From Raillietiella orientalis (Eukaryota), in NCBI GenBank assembly GCA_036172245.1, contig JAYWIR010000057.1, forward strand, positions 310,001 to 374,000: 64,000 nt of DNA, in the 5' to 3' direction. Each line of letters starts with the position of its first letter. Position 1 is the stretch's first letter. Shown piece after piece: positions 12,501 through 25,241 of the stretch. The notes below the pieces were generated by a model. The model was given only the letters and a program-made list of their open reading frames with translations, was not told the DNA's origin and made no database searches. Position numbers and translations under genes: made by a program.

Positions 12501-15136
12501 ACTGTCCTTCCATCCGGAGCTCACAAACACTTGAACACACGCGTGAAAACGTCCACTGCATAAAGAATGCACTCCTCGCAGGGCAAACGCACATCCACAG
12601 CGTATTTTTGAGGCTCCCACGATCGCTAGGTCGGTGACTTTCCTATCTTTCAGAAAAGAATTCCGGCCCATTTCAAATACTACCGAACAGCGACTTGCTC
12701 GTTACAGTCCGGAAAGTTCTATCAGACAACACTCAAGAGAGTGTTGCCTGAGAAACGGCACCCAACGCATGTGTTTCCCCGTCAGATAGAACTCTGTGAT
12801 GCGACAGAAGCATTCTTCGTTGAGATGCGGAGTCAAGGAGACCGGACTTTTGATCTTTAGAACCGATATGTCTCCTGCGGTTCGAACCAACGTGACGCCC
12901 GGAAGAAAGCAGATTTGTAAGTCAGTTGGAAGAACGGTCAGCCGAAGAATGAATTTCAAAACATCAGTGGACATGGAACACGACAAATGGAAAAAGAAGA
13001 TGACCCTTTGGGGAGGGGGCATTTGCAGTTCAGTTTTATGAAACGAAACTCTTGCATTTTGCTTTTCACAACACTATGAAGCAGATGCGATGCTTTCTTT
13101 GTGACCGCAGGCATCTGGCAATAGATGCAACACGAGTTGAGGACTCGGAAAGAGTGATGGGAACCAAATAACTCCAGAAGGAGCACGGAGATTCTGAGAA
13201 TACTTTTCACGCTTCGCTCGCATCATCTTTTGGAACTGCTGGTATCTTCAGAAGAGTATCTTCAATATTCTTCGCTGCAATTCTGTAAGCGAAGGTGAGT
13301 TTACTCGATCTGCCCAGCTGCGAGGCACCACGCCAAGTTCAATAAGAAGCTAAAAGATTTAGAGATAATAGTTTATTTTCTTGATAAAATATTGCAAAAC
13401 TGAGAATTTGCCAATGATATTTTTAGTTCCGCAAACATAAACAAGGATATGTACTGTATTTCCTTTGAACAATCTTCAAGGTGAAGGGAGGGTGTGGAAT
13501 TTGCCTTCTAGATGCAGTGCTACGGGGAGCAGAGGATGCACGGCCTTCCTGCCAAAGCATCTACTGAGTGAGAAAACCCATGGAAGAAACCCCAGAAAAA
13601 GGCAGTTGGTTCTCTGGTCTTCGACGGAGTAGGGAGTGAGACGAGAAATTGCGAGAGAATGCGTGGTTTGCAGCAAGTCCTCTTCCAAAGCTACAAGGGC
13701 ATCGGAATGGGTCAGGAATAACGCAAACTGGAGTCATAGGAAGGCTATGCAGTGACACAATGTGGAACAATGGAAGCCCTTAGAGAGTTTTCATCAAAAT
13801 AGCAGAAAAGTGTCTGCTGCGTGTTTATGCAGCGAAGGGTTTGGTGAAATGCATTTCAAACCATTGCTAAGGAAACATCTCTCAAGAAACCAGGTTAAGA
13901 AATGTTTGGAGTATTCCGCGCAGTGATAAAAAGCTACTGAAAAACTCCAATGGAGCTTAAAGAGTGAGGATTAAGTTCATCATCTTTATTGGATGCATCA
14001 GCTTATGTCCCCAGAACTGGGACCGACAGCAACACTCTTTTTCTTAAGCCGATGAAAATGGAGAGATGTAAGAAAGAAAGCCGTCACACGTACAAGAAAA
14101 AAAGCTCATCCGGCAAGATCCGAATACCTGATTCGAAAATGCTGCTGACTCCATGTGCTCGCAACTTTTTGAGATGAGAACCATCCTGGGCTACCGAGGG
14201 TTCAGAGGAGAGAGGCAGGGACGGGCGAGAACCGAGTGCAACAGTCAATCAGCAGACATTACAAAACGCATATCTTTCTCGACAGATGGACCGAGCGCGT
14301 CTTTTCCTTTCCAATTTTGGTCTCTCCATCATTGAGACTTTTTGTTTCTTTTCCATTCTAGATATGTTCTTCTTAGCTGCCCTATCAATAACGAGTGACC
14401 AGCGACCATTCTCAGTGATAAGACGAAAATGAAGAATGCGCTGAAACTTTCACCACACTGCACGGCGTGTCGACTGAGCCTGCTGTTTCATCACTTGTGA
14501 CGACCTCTGTCTCATCCCTAAATCTCTCTACCAGCGCTTGACGAGAGGTTCAAATACGAACAGAATTTCTGATGCGCCTTCCCTTCCAGTTGGCGACTTT
14601 GCGGTGCTGGCAGCTGAATGAGAAGAGCACCGCTTTTGTGCGACCCGGAGGTGACCCCACTGTGATGAATTCAGGTGGCTTTTGTAGGGCTGGTTCACAA
14701 TCAAAGAAGGATTAAAAGCATGCATTTGATTGAACTTCCAGACTTTTTGGAACATCAAAAGCCTATTAGCTCACTGCTATCGGATGGATTCCCGTCTACT
14801 TCCTTTCCAGTAGTAGAATTGATAAGAAATGTCGCAACCTCCCACTGATTCTGAAACATCCACTCCTCCTAGAAACTCCTAACCCAGGGAACATGAAAAT
14901 TAGGCCTCCAAGTAACCACTACATGAAATGCTCTTGTTTCATTTTATTCCCGGCCGTTCCTTTTTTCGATTAGCGGCTATTTGGTGTTCAAAAGGTCCAC
15001 CGAGACATTTGCTCAAGGCCTAATGGTCCTTGAAATTAGGTGTTGTTGAAAAGGTCCACAATGTCTAAGGTTAGAAAACACCCTTGGGTTACGATAGTTA
15101 TTGAAGTGTTGAAAGACGAACAGCAAAGCAGCAAAC

Positions 15137-15252
15137 GAGCAGGGGTTCCTGGTGACCACTCTCGGATGTGCCTGCCAGCTCCACCGCGACATTGACCGAA
15201 CCAAACACCATCTAGCCGGGAATGCTGGTCGACTCAAAAGGAACCCCTGCTC
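15137..15252. mobile_element. MITE-like element (116 bp, 14-bp terminal inverted repeats, possible 3-bp target-site duplication)
   Basis: GAGCAGGGGTTCCT (15137-15150) and AGGAACCCCTGCTC (15239-15252), with AAC immediately outside both ends. Single copy in the window. Confidence 0.45.
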
Positions 15253-15929
15253 AACCTGACGACGAGGAAGAACAAGGAAAAAGTAAGCAAGAACAAGAAA
15301 AAAAGCCTGAAATTCATTGCGAACCCCAATGAAAGTGACCTAAACGAAAAAGAAAATTTTGTTTTGGAGAAACCAAATCTTTGATCGTTCATAAACCATG
15401 GATCAAATATGCTCGTGGATATCTTTGACAGGTCGAAATTTCGAGGATGATTTGCGGTGGTGGATCCACCCTCTGAAAACGTGGCTGTAGTGGCTTTCCA
15501 TGCCCGATGACCTAGCTTTTCTCTATAGCTCTCAACTCTGCCCAGGGATTTTTATCATGCTCGTTTGGTGCTTCGATCTTGCGAGTAAGCAGGTTATTCA
15601 GATGCTTGGATCTTCGCCGCAAAGCGTGGATCTCACGTTCACACGACAGAGCTCGAGGGGTGGAAAAGCCTGAAAACCGGAGGGCTCATGGGTTCAAAGA
15701 TCAAGAAATCGTTCCTCTTCTGTTTTTCTTCATTTTGGCCTAAAGTTCCTGCAGACTTCAACTTTCCTGACGACGCTCTCATTTCAACCTAGGAGCATCT
15801 AGTCGATCTCAGCGGGTCTTTAAGATCCAACTGTTCAGTTTCGGGAAGCCTAAAGGGCATTTTCAAAGCAGACTGTGGTTTTGCATTCAAGGATTTATGT
15901 AATTTTAGCTCAGCTTGTTTTTCAGTTTC

Positions 15930-16270
15930 CTCACAGAGAGCTCTTTAAGCACCGTCCACGCCACCCAAGGGTGCTCCAAGTCAGGGGGCACCCACTATAT
16001 GAATACAGGAAGGTTCTGGAGGAAGGAGTCCGTTACTCTTACTCTTGGGAGAGAACCCCTTCCTTATTCTTTCCAGAGGGGTCCAAGGGGTCAATCCGGG
16101 GAATCACTCCTTGTTTATTCTCCTGAGGGAACGCGCAAGGAATCGATCCTTGTTTCCTCCTCTGAAGGGACTCTTCCAAATCGCTCCGGAGGGGACTTTC
16201 CGAAGGGAGCAGCGTGCTTCTTGCACTCTGGAGTTGCAGCCCCTGAGGAGGTACCAACCAGCTCCATGAT
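15930..16270 (-). mobile_element. Repeat A partial copy (subrepeat region and part of the 3' region; head missing)
   Basis: tatgaatacaggaaggttctggaggaaggagtccgtt...ccaaccagctccat aligns with 18460-18900. Confidence 0.75.
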
Positions 16271-16288
16271 TTGCGATAAAGGGTCTGA

Positions 16289-16389
16289 ACGAGATTGGCT
16301 CATTCTTTGCACATGGCAAGAGACTTTGAAATTAGTCAGCCTTCAGTTTATCGAAGCAGCAGCTCAGAGGAAACAAAGTCCAAGGTCCA
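16289..16389 (+). repeat. ~100-bp direct repeat, copy 1
   Basis: acgagattggctcattctttgcacatggcaagagactttgaaattagtcagc...aaggtcca aligns with 17201-17300. Confidence 0.85.
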
Positions 16390-17200
16390 CACTTGTGGTT
16401 TCTGGTCCATTCATGATTTTCCGTTTCAGGGAGACGCCTTTTTCAGCGAGAGCGCCGAATCACGAAGTCACTTCCATTTGAGAAGAGCGATAGAAGTTGT
16501 GGGAGCTGTTGTCCCAGAATCCTCTTCCACGTGCCCGCTCCGAACGAATAGGGCACGTTTGCCCACGTCGAGAATCGATTCCCAGTCCCATGTCTGTGTT
16601 GGACACGTTCCATTTTAACTGCTGCTCTCTTTCCGAAAGCACTCGTTGTGAAACGTCCATCTCCGCAGATCTCTGTGTACCACTCCCTTTTTTTCCCTTA
16701 AATTCATCCTTGAACAAGTCGAGTGGGAGTGTCGATTTCCGTGGCATCTGAGCTGTTGCAACAGTGGAAATCCTTCATAAATTTCTGAGAGCCACCTTCG
16801 AGGATGCTTGGCTTGCACGCCTTGCCGCAAAGAGCATTCCTCTGCGTCCGTGAGGATGCGTGGACTGGAGCGGACAGTCAGCGACGCCGGGATAAACAGG
16901 CGTGCTTGTTTCACGTGATCTCAGTCTGCTTTGACATCCGGTCAGCAGGCGAACACGCGAGACACTCTCTGAGCCGAAGTCCATTTTTCGGAGGGAACTG
17001 AAAGACAGATCCCTGTACCTGAATCTGTCTGTCTTTTCTCTTTGGGAAAGCGAACGCGAGTTCGCTGGGATCAAATGCAAGCTGAATCAAAGCCGCAAGC
17101 CAAAGCCAGAAAAATTTCCCTGGTCGGGAACCTGACCAGCAGCAAAAACTCAAAGAAAAAAAACTCCAAGCGCCTTTATTTACACGCGTACCCAGTCAGG

Positions 17201-17300
17201 ACGAGCTTGGTTTATTCTTTGCACGCAGCAAGAGACTTTGAGATCAGTCAGCTGTCAGTTCACTGAAGGAGCAGCTTAGAAGAAACAAACCGAAGGTCCA
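17201..17300 (+). repeat. ~100-bp direct repeat, copy 2
   Basis: acgagcttggtttattctttgcacgcagcaagagactttgagatcagtcagc...aaggtcca aligns with 16289-16389. Confidence 0.85.
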
Positions 17301-18324
17301 TTGTATTTAAAGCTGCAAGAATTGAGGTCGAAATGAAAAGGAGAGTAATCTGCCTAAATGCTCCGAAAATCCTGCGGCTATTACTACTAACTGACACGCT
17401 GACACATCTCCTTAGGCAACTAAATGCTTCACGGTGTTTCCAAAACCCATCTTTTGTATATTTTCTGTGTTCCTCGTGTTGATATCCGAGTGATGCGATG
17501 ACTACGATGAGCGGAAGTCTCTGATATGCTCTTTGGAATGCCGAAACTGACAGTGGCGTTCAACCACAGTTTATTTAGCCTTGTTAAGGAACACGCGAAC
17601 ACGCGTATCTCAACACGAATGCCGAATAACACTGATGTCCAGGCAGACTTCGATAAACGGAACAGACAAAGGGGCGTGCAAGGATGCGTTGGAACATCAA
17701 AAGTGTGAAGAACGAATTTTCAGGCTGCGACGAGGAACGCGCGCCAAGGTGGTCCCTGCACGAAAGCAGTGCGGAGAGAACTTCCGCCTCTCCAGAGTCC
17801 CATTCCCGAGCTTATGGGTACCAGGGGTAGGTTTGGATTCTCCGTTAGGGGGAAGCTAGCTAATGAGCCCGCTCCACCACCATGCGTAGTCAAATCTATA
17901 GGGAACGTCGTTTCGATCCTGCCACCACAGCATGGCGGAAGTGTCCGTGGCACCTTCGTAAACACTAGTGAGTTCTCTTCGTTGGTTTTCGTGTCGCAGA
18001 AATCCATGCAAATTTATCCACGCACTCCCAGCTCCACGTCACTCACGGTGTCCGATGAATCTTCCACAGGCAGTCGAGTCTTCTCTCCGGGATGGGAAAA
18101 TGTTGCCGGAGTGGATTTCTATGCCCGATGACTTGGCTTCCTCTTGTAGCCCTATTGGGTTTTCATGAGAGGGCTTCGGACTTTATTGGCTTTCAGATGC
18201 CATCTTGACGGAAGTCGGAAGCACTGCTCCCAGCCGGGGCAATCGAACACCACGAGTCTGACTATACCGCTCCTGAAGACACTTTTCTCACATGAGTGTC
18301 CAGATTATTGTATTCATTTTTGGG

Positions 18325-19172
18325 GAGGCAGCTTTCCTTTCTTTTGGATTCGCCAAGTGCTGGGTAACCGTTCGCCTCCTTAGGGGGGCTCACGAAGCCG
18401 TCCACGCTCCTGAGGGTGCGTGTGACCTCTTCAAGTAAAGAAGCAACCCCGGAGAAGTCACCCTATGAATCCAGGAAGGCTCCTGAGGAAGGAATCCGTT
18501 CCTCTTGCGCTTGGCAGGGAACCTCGAAGGAAGCCTTTGCCTCGGTTCTCTCCTGAGGGAACCCTGGAGGGGGCCACTCCTCCCGGAAAGGAACTCGGAA
18601 AGGATCCACTTCTGAAGTTTCTCCCCCAGAGGGAACCCCGAAGGGAACCTCTTCCTTATTCTCTCTGGAGGGGTCCAAGGGGTTCCCTCGAGGGCACCAC
18701 TCTTTGTTTCTTCTCCGGAGGGGACCCGGAAAGGATCCTCTTCCGAATTTCTTTTGCGGAGGGCACCCGCAAGGAATCGTACCGCGCTTCCTCCTCTGAA
18801 AGGAACCCCGAAGGGACGCTTCGAACTTTCTCTGAAGGGATCTTTCTGTAGGGAGCACTCCGGAGAGGCAACTCCCGAGGGTGGTATGAACCAGCTCCAT
18901 TTTCACGACCGGAGGGGAACCCTGAAGGCTCCTTGATTCCCGGAAGGACCCCGGAGAGTCGACTTCCAATCCAGGCTAGGCAGTGGAGGCGATTGGATTC
19001 CATCAGTGCATCACAGGGAGCCTACAGACCAACCAGCGTCGTCTTGCGGTGGTACTCGGAGCCCACGACACACCCTTCATTTCTCTGGCGTCGATCCTTC
19101 CCCAGCAGGGATTCGAACCCACGACGCTTGATGCCACGCGCGGAGACTGCAGGCACACGGGTGCCAACGCAG
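18325..19172 (-). mobile_element. Repeat A near-complete copy (tRNA-headed SINE-like element)
   Basis: Minus-strand B box GGGTTCGAATCCC at 19108-19120, followed colinearly by the body, about eight subrepeats and the 3' region (cagcacttggcgaatccaaaag). Confidence 0.85.
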
Positions 19173-22100
19173 ACTCTAGATCATCATTTGAGCGATCCAG
19201 ACGCTCATCTGAGAGAAGTAGGTAGGGCCGAGGATGACTGAACTACAAGTTGTAGTGCCCTTTTAAAAGCAGTAACGTAACACGAAAGTTTTTTTTTTTT
19301 TTCCTCTCTATGCTTCAAGACCTCATCCTTGCAACGATGATGTGTTTCACCCCAAGTTCATTTCCCTCCCCTTCACTGACGCTTTCTCATTCCACCGATA
19401 CTTCTCATAGGAATTCTCATCAGCGGCATTGGGACGCGGCTGCGACGGGTGGCTCAAAGCCCGATGCGGAAACCGAACCAGCGAGCTGCTCGCATCTGTC
19501 GAATTCCAGCTTTCTATTTCGCCTCTCGATTCTGCAATTCCTTGGCCTTCCCTGGTCTTAGGGACTCTATTTGATCAAGTGGAAGTAAGGTTGAAGTGGC
19601 TATGATCGTGACGATGCCACTTCCTCATCTGTAGTTGTCTGGTCACTGAGACAACTTCCATTCCAAGTGGAAGGTGCTAAGCGCATTCATGCAGTCTTTT
19701 GGCATTCTTCTTTCCTTTTTTTTTCCAGAGGAAGGTACCATAACCGTCTTACGGCCACGCACCTATAGAGAGATGATGGCTCTCTTATTATGGCTCTGTT
19801 TCAGAGAGCTGCAGTAATCGTCAGGCCGAAATCAGAGTTGCCGTCCGCGAAGATCCGTTGCTGTGCGCTCCAGAGTTAGGAATTTCACGTTCCGAGTGAT
19901 GCCGCTTCGTGCGGAATGATTTCTCGGAAGAGTGGGGAGGGGCCGCATCCACTTCTGGGCTCAGCAGGGGGTCCCCGCTTCTCCCCAGCAGAACTCGGTC
20001 GGTTCGGAAGCAGAGCTGTAGTTCTCCGATTGAAAAGGGTCCCTACGAGCTACGTGGATCTCCAAACGGGGCACGTCTGTAAAGTGCAGACGCCGGGGTT
20101 CTCCAATTGGACAGTGAGGCTGCCACTGATGGATGAAAAACCATGCAGCTTGATGGGGATGCAAGGGAGGAACTCTTCCGAAGATGTGACCTCTCTGCCT
20201 GATGTCTCTGCCTGGGTTGAAATTCGGGCACGGAGAGGTTTCTTTCTTTCTCATCCGAGAGTTGTCGCCCACTCTGGCACTAAGGGGTGAGAATGGCTTT
20301 GTCTTTTTCGAATTCCCTCTAAAGAAGCGCTCAATTGTCTCGATGATAGCAGTCGGTGGGTCAGCATTCAACGCGGATTGACCATTCCATGAAGACCAAA
20401 GAGTCCCTTTCACTTTAAAGGTGTCCGGGAAAGAGTACCGGGAGGTACTCTTTCCCTGAGTATCCCGCATCCCCCATCCCACTCAACGACACGTGAATTG
20501 GGAGATGGATGCTGGAAAAAACCATCAAGAAGTGCTGATGGAATCGGCGGAAGAGCCTTTGATGGTGAGAAACAACGGCAGAGCCAGCCGGGCAGCGCGC
20601 AAGGTGAGAGAGCCCCGCTGCTTTTCCCACTCAGCCATCCCTCAAAAGAAAAAAAGGAAAGAAAAATGGAAGTTCTGGCATGGTAAGAGCAATCTTTCAT
20701 TGCTCATTAGGCGCCCCATTGTAGCGGAAGTCGATCCTATGCTTGGACCTGCGGGGAGCTCGCGTAGACTTCTGAGCGCTTCAAGGCTTCCGTGGGCTTC
20801 GTAGAGGGAGGTCCCGTGACAGAACCGCCAGGTATGATTTGTGTATTAGCGAGACCTGGAAGAAGGTCGCCTGCACTCCTAGGAATTTCATCCTCCGAGC
20901 CCATAATTGTGGAAGACAACCTCTCGAGCACGGGGGAAGGAGAGGGGGGGGCAGTGGCTCCATCAATCTGCTTGAACAGCAAAGAGAATTTATTGCGCGT
21001 TCCGTCCGACGAAACGTTTCCGACTTTTGCCCGGAATTCGTGGCACGTAAGCCCTCTCTCCGAGGTTTTAAACAGAATTCACCCCTGGATAGGAAGACGT
21101 CGCCTGTCGTCCTCAGCAGGGATGGTTCGTCACTCAGCAAATCCTTCGCCACCCTACTCCTCTCGAGTTCCTCAAGGTGCTCCGAGCGCTCTTCGAGGAA
21201 AGAGGGATGCATGCGAGAGTTTGATCCAGTGAGGCCATGTGTTCACGGCCGAAAGGTTCTCCAGGGAGGAATAGGGAGGAATCCAGCACGGCGTGACAGA
21301 AGGTGCATCCAGGAAGCATCTGAAAGCAACCCTCTAAGTTGAGGTTTGACGCCCGGGTCGTTGCCGCTTGCTGATCGGCGATTTCTTCTCAGAAGCGACT
21401 CGTTCCGGGATGCAAAGAATCCACAAAGATGTCAGGGTAGTTGATGGCTGCAGTTTGGAAGCACCGAGAACTCTCTCGCTTCCCTAGTTCCTCGCGTCCT
21501 TCCGCTTCTTTCCGGTTCTCGGCTACCGTGAGATCCGCAACCTCGTCTACGCGAATAGGGTCTTTCCTGGCAGGAGAAGAGGAGGTCAGAGACCTCAAGG
21601 GTCACTCGAGTTCCGGGAGACGAGACCAAAGCCTTATCGTAAGTTGCCAAGAACCGGATATCCTCTCGAGAATGTGCAGATTAAACATGTATCTCCAGAA
21701 AGATGCCATGGGAATGGAGTCTTTCTGCTCGATCGCCGTGTCCGCTCTCGTCTTGGTCCAGATGTCATCCGACAACAAGTTCCCCCTCCACAGGAAGAGA
21801 TATTTCCACGGATTCAGAAACCGCGTGGAAACTTGGAGAAAGCGGATGTTCTTCGAGGTGGAACTTGTGGATGGTAAGCTGAGTCCGGTATGTGAGTTCC
21901 GGTCAAATCCAGCCGGAACCAGCTAAACAAATCAGCTGATGATAGTGAAGGAGAAGACCGCTCAAGAGATGCTCCAAACTGCTGGACTGAATGTTGTGCA
22001 TGAAAGGAAACGCAGGATGGGAGAGGTCGCCGGACATTACGGAGAACAAGAATGAGACCACTGAATGCCTACGCTCTTTCGTACGAACGGAGAGAGAAAC

Positions 22101-23004
22101 AAAGATGAATCACTGGTACGATCCGTTTCGCAGAACACTTAAGGGCAGCTAAGATGGGAACGGTGCTGTTCTTGAACTCTTCCCCTTCGTTCGCATTTCG
22201 GGCTAACCTAGGCATGGGGCTTGCTTGGCCGCTCACCACTTGATGGCAGTGGTACCACGCGAGCCTAGCGAAGCAGCCGCACCTTGACCTTGAAAGTTTC
22301 CTGTCTTCACTTTCGGTTTTCCGCTGAAACACGTTGGTCATCCACGACCATCACGAGAGGAGTTTTACGGAAGGCGTGCCGCCGCCCTCCCCTCCCCAAA
22401 AAAAAAAAGACCATTCCGGCACTTTGGGGGCCGGGATGGTCGTTTCAACACGGATTTCTGCCGTCATCGGAGCGTGGCTACCAATGAGGAGAGGGTTTCG
22501 ACTGCAACCGTTGAGGCCTTGAAGCCACGCATGTGAGAGAGTCCTGGCAAGTCCAGCGTGCATTGAAGCCACGACGGGATTGTAGGTACGATCCTCCAAG
22601 TACTTTACGACGGGTATGGTGTCAGAGGAGATCAAGGAGGTGTATAGCAAGAAGATGAACAAGAGTAGAAGGGGGAAGAGTGGATTTCGAATCTTCAAGG
22701 ATTTTCATCTTATGGAAGAAGAAGAGATTTGAAGACTGAGCTCCAAAACGGAGAAGCAACGCTCTGCAGTGAGATTACCTCTCTCAAACTAAGTTTTTCG
22801 AGAACAAGAACGACCAATAGAGAAGCACTTTGGGGTGCCCGGGCCGGGCCGAGACAAGAAGAGGAGGCGGAAATGGTTCGAATTCTGGAAATGGTCGAGA
22901 ATTCACTGTGGAGCGGTGTGGGTTGCAGTGCTAATGGTTGCTGGAAATCAAGAAGACACACGCAGAAGCCTCTAGGGACCAACGGAGGAAGAAGAAACCC
23001 TTTT

Positions 23005-23220
23005 TTTAAAAAACTCCAGTGGAGATCTTACGGAAAGATCATTACTATTGGCTTAGGATGATGGAAAAATCCTATTGGGTTCTTCTGTTTTCGCTGCTTT
23101 CCTTCCAGCTTTTTTTTTGGTTCTCCGAGTGCTGAAGAACTGTTCGCCTCCGTTGGGGGCTTCTCTTTGACACCGTGGCACGCCATCCGAGGGTGCGTGT
23201 AATAACTCTCCAAGTTAGGG
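23005..23220 (-). mobile_element. Repeat A nested copy, 3' piece
   Basis: Minus strand ccctaacttggagagttattacacgcaccctc...cagcactcggagaaccaaaaaaaaagctggaagg matches 3954-4110. Its junction with the LINE is the TSD copy at 23205-23220. Confidence 0.8.
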
Positions 23221-24771
23221 TTTAACACCCGGTGACGCCGAGGCGTTTATTATAAAAGTAAGAAACATACGTATGTAGGGCCATCGGCCCTACATCGTCC
23301 GAAAATGTTGGGAACCTGTTGAGTAACCGGCACGCAGACCGACGAGGCTCTCCTCGGCAGAGGAGGGGAAGGGGCAAACAAAAATAAAAATAAAATAAAA
23401 ATCAATAAAAAAAACTCTAGGGGGAACAGGAAGGGATCATTGTTCGCTGGAGGACGTCCTCTGCACCCTTTCCAGGATGCTGGCAAGTTCCATCCGAGTA
23501 TGTCCCAGATGGGGTCATCTATGCCATCCGCAGGAAGCGCAGGGCGAAGCAGATGGAGTCCCTGTCGTGCCGTCCTCCTCTCGCATAGCTCCAAGCCGCC
23601 ACAATTCCACATTGGCAGCAGCAAAGAGCTCCTGGGGATGCGGCAGGCGAAAGGGCATCTCGAACGAAGAGGCGCTTCATCACGTCCCTGGGATTGTCCG
23701 TCGGTGCACCAAGGTCTGTTGCGTAACGCAACCACAGGGGACGGAAGACAACACAGTCTATGAGCAGGTGCGGGAAGGATTCCCGTTCCCTGCACTTGCA
23801 ACAGTATGGATCCACAGCCCCCTGGGTCCAGTGACCATGGCGGGCGTTGCACGGGAGACCCTAGTGCAACTGCATAAGTACCGACTCCTGCCACTTCAGG
23901 GGGAAAACCCAGTTGTTCTTTCGCTCTGGAGCCAATCGGAGTCTTCCTGTAGGATGCCCATTAGCTCAACCTAGCGCAATAGTCCTTTCGGTGGAGCACT
24001 TGGGGTCACAGAGTCCGTAAGCTAGCCCATGGTCCAAGCACCTGAGTCCTTCGTCCGAAGACCTATTTCGCAACGGACCTCCCATTTGACTGGCTGTTAA
24101 CTGCCCAGGTGCTCCCTCAGGGAGATCAGTGTCGCGGCTAAGGAAGTTCTTTGCGACCACGTGTGCGTGGGCCATCGTGCATGGGCTGCACGATGGAGTT
24201 CTATAGCGAGCGATTCTTGTAAAAGTGCAGCATTCGCCGCCGCATCTCCGGGCTCGCTTGGTTCTTCAGAGCCCATGTGCTAACGGTTCCCTGCAGCCAG
24301 GCAGTACCGTTCATGGATCGAAAGGAGATCCTGTTGTTGCTGCTGGCCAGCTTGATCACTCATTGGTGCTCCAGTCCGCAATGGGACACGTTGCATCTGC
24401 GCCGCCGCGCCAGGAACGAAGATAGTCCCACATAGCCAATGGTTCACTTGACCAGGAATCGTGAGGACTTGCACCAGTTCGTGCTCGAAAGCTTCGCCAC
24501 TAGGGCAAGTGTCCTCCACTGAAGCTGCCGCTCCAGGCGCTATAGCCTCAGGAGGCCGAGGCCTCCGTCGCGATGCGGAGCGCACAAGTTCTTCAGGCAG
24601 ATTCGGGACCTCCCTGTGCCCCAAAGGGCAATTCTCAGGAGGTCCTCCGTCCGTCTGCTTATAATGCTCGGTGGTGAGCAAACAAAAAGCAAGGGACGGA
24701 ATAGGGGGGTCACGAACGCGTTCCACACCGCAGCCCGTTCCGGCAAGAGAAACTTGCCCTCCTGGAACAAG
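23221..24771 (-). mobile_element. 5'-truncated, decayed L1/Tx1-clade LINE flanked by a 16-bp target-site duplication
   Basis: Post-RT segment FLLPERAAVWNAFV...IALWG...LCAPHRDGGLGL (24540-24770). CCHC knuckle CCKCRERESFPHLLIDC (ORF 23519-23815). 3' end aataaacgcctcggcgtcaccgggtgttaaa. TSD actctccaagttaggg (23205-23220) / actcttcaagttaggg (24772-24787). Confidence 0.9.
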
Positions 24772-25241
24772 ACTCTTCAAGTTAGGGGTATCCCGAGAGA
24801 AAAACCAGGAAGAATCCAAGAAGTTCCGGAGGAAGAAGTCCATTATTCTTACGCTTGGTAGGGACACTCTTTCTTATTCTCTCCAAGGAGTTCCCTGGAG
24901 GGGGCCGCTCCCTGTTTCTTCTTCGGAGGGAACCCGGAAAGGATCCTCTCTTGAAATTTCTTCTCCAAACGGAACTCGCAAGGGACGCTTCCCAATTTCT
25001 CTAAGGGCACTCGCCAAAAGGAGCAGCGCACTTCTCAACACTCTGGAGAGGCAAACCCGAGGGTGGTAATCAACCGGCTTCATTATACGGTTTATTTTCA
25101 CAACCGGAGAAGAATCCTAAAGGGAACCGGCTCCTTGAGCCGGATCCTTAATTTCGGGATTGGATGTTGACCCCGGAGGGCCAACATCCAGTCCCGGTCA
25201 GCCAGCGGGAGCATCTGGTTTTCAGCTTCCACCCGTGCCAC
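24772..25241 (-). mobile_element. Repeat A nested copy, middle piece
   Basis: The reverse complement aligns with ~3500-3965 (tggcac.ggt...gggactggatgttggccctccgg...tcaaggagccggttccc...ccctaacttgaa). A TSD copy bounds each end. Confidence 0.8.

Noticed and set aside
18227..18270. Minus-strand ggtatagt...gttcgattgccccggctgggag resembling pieces of tRNA-Asp
   Set aside because: No anticodon arm or cloverleaf; too short and degenerate to call.
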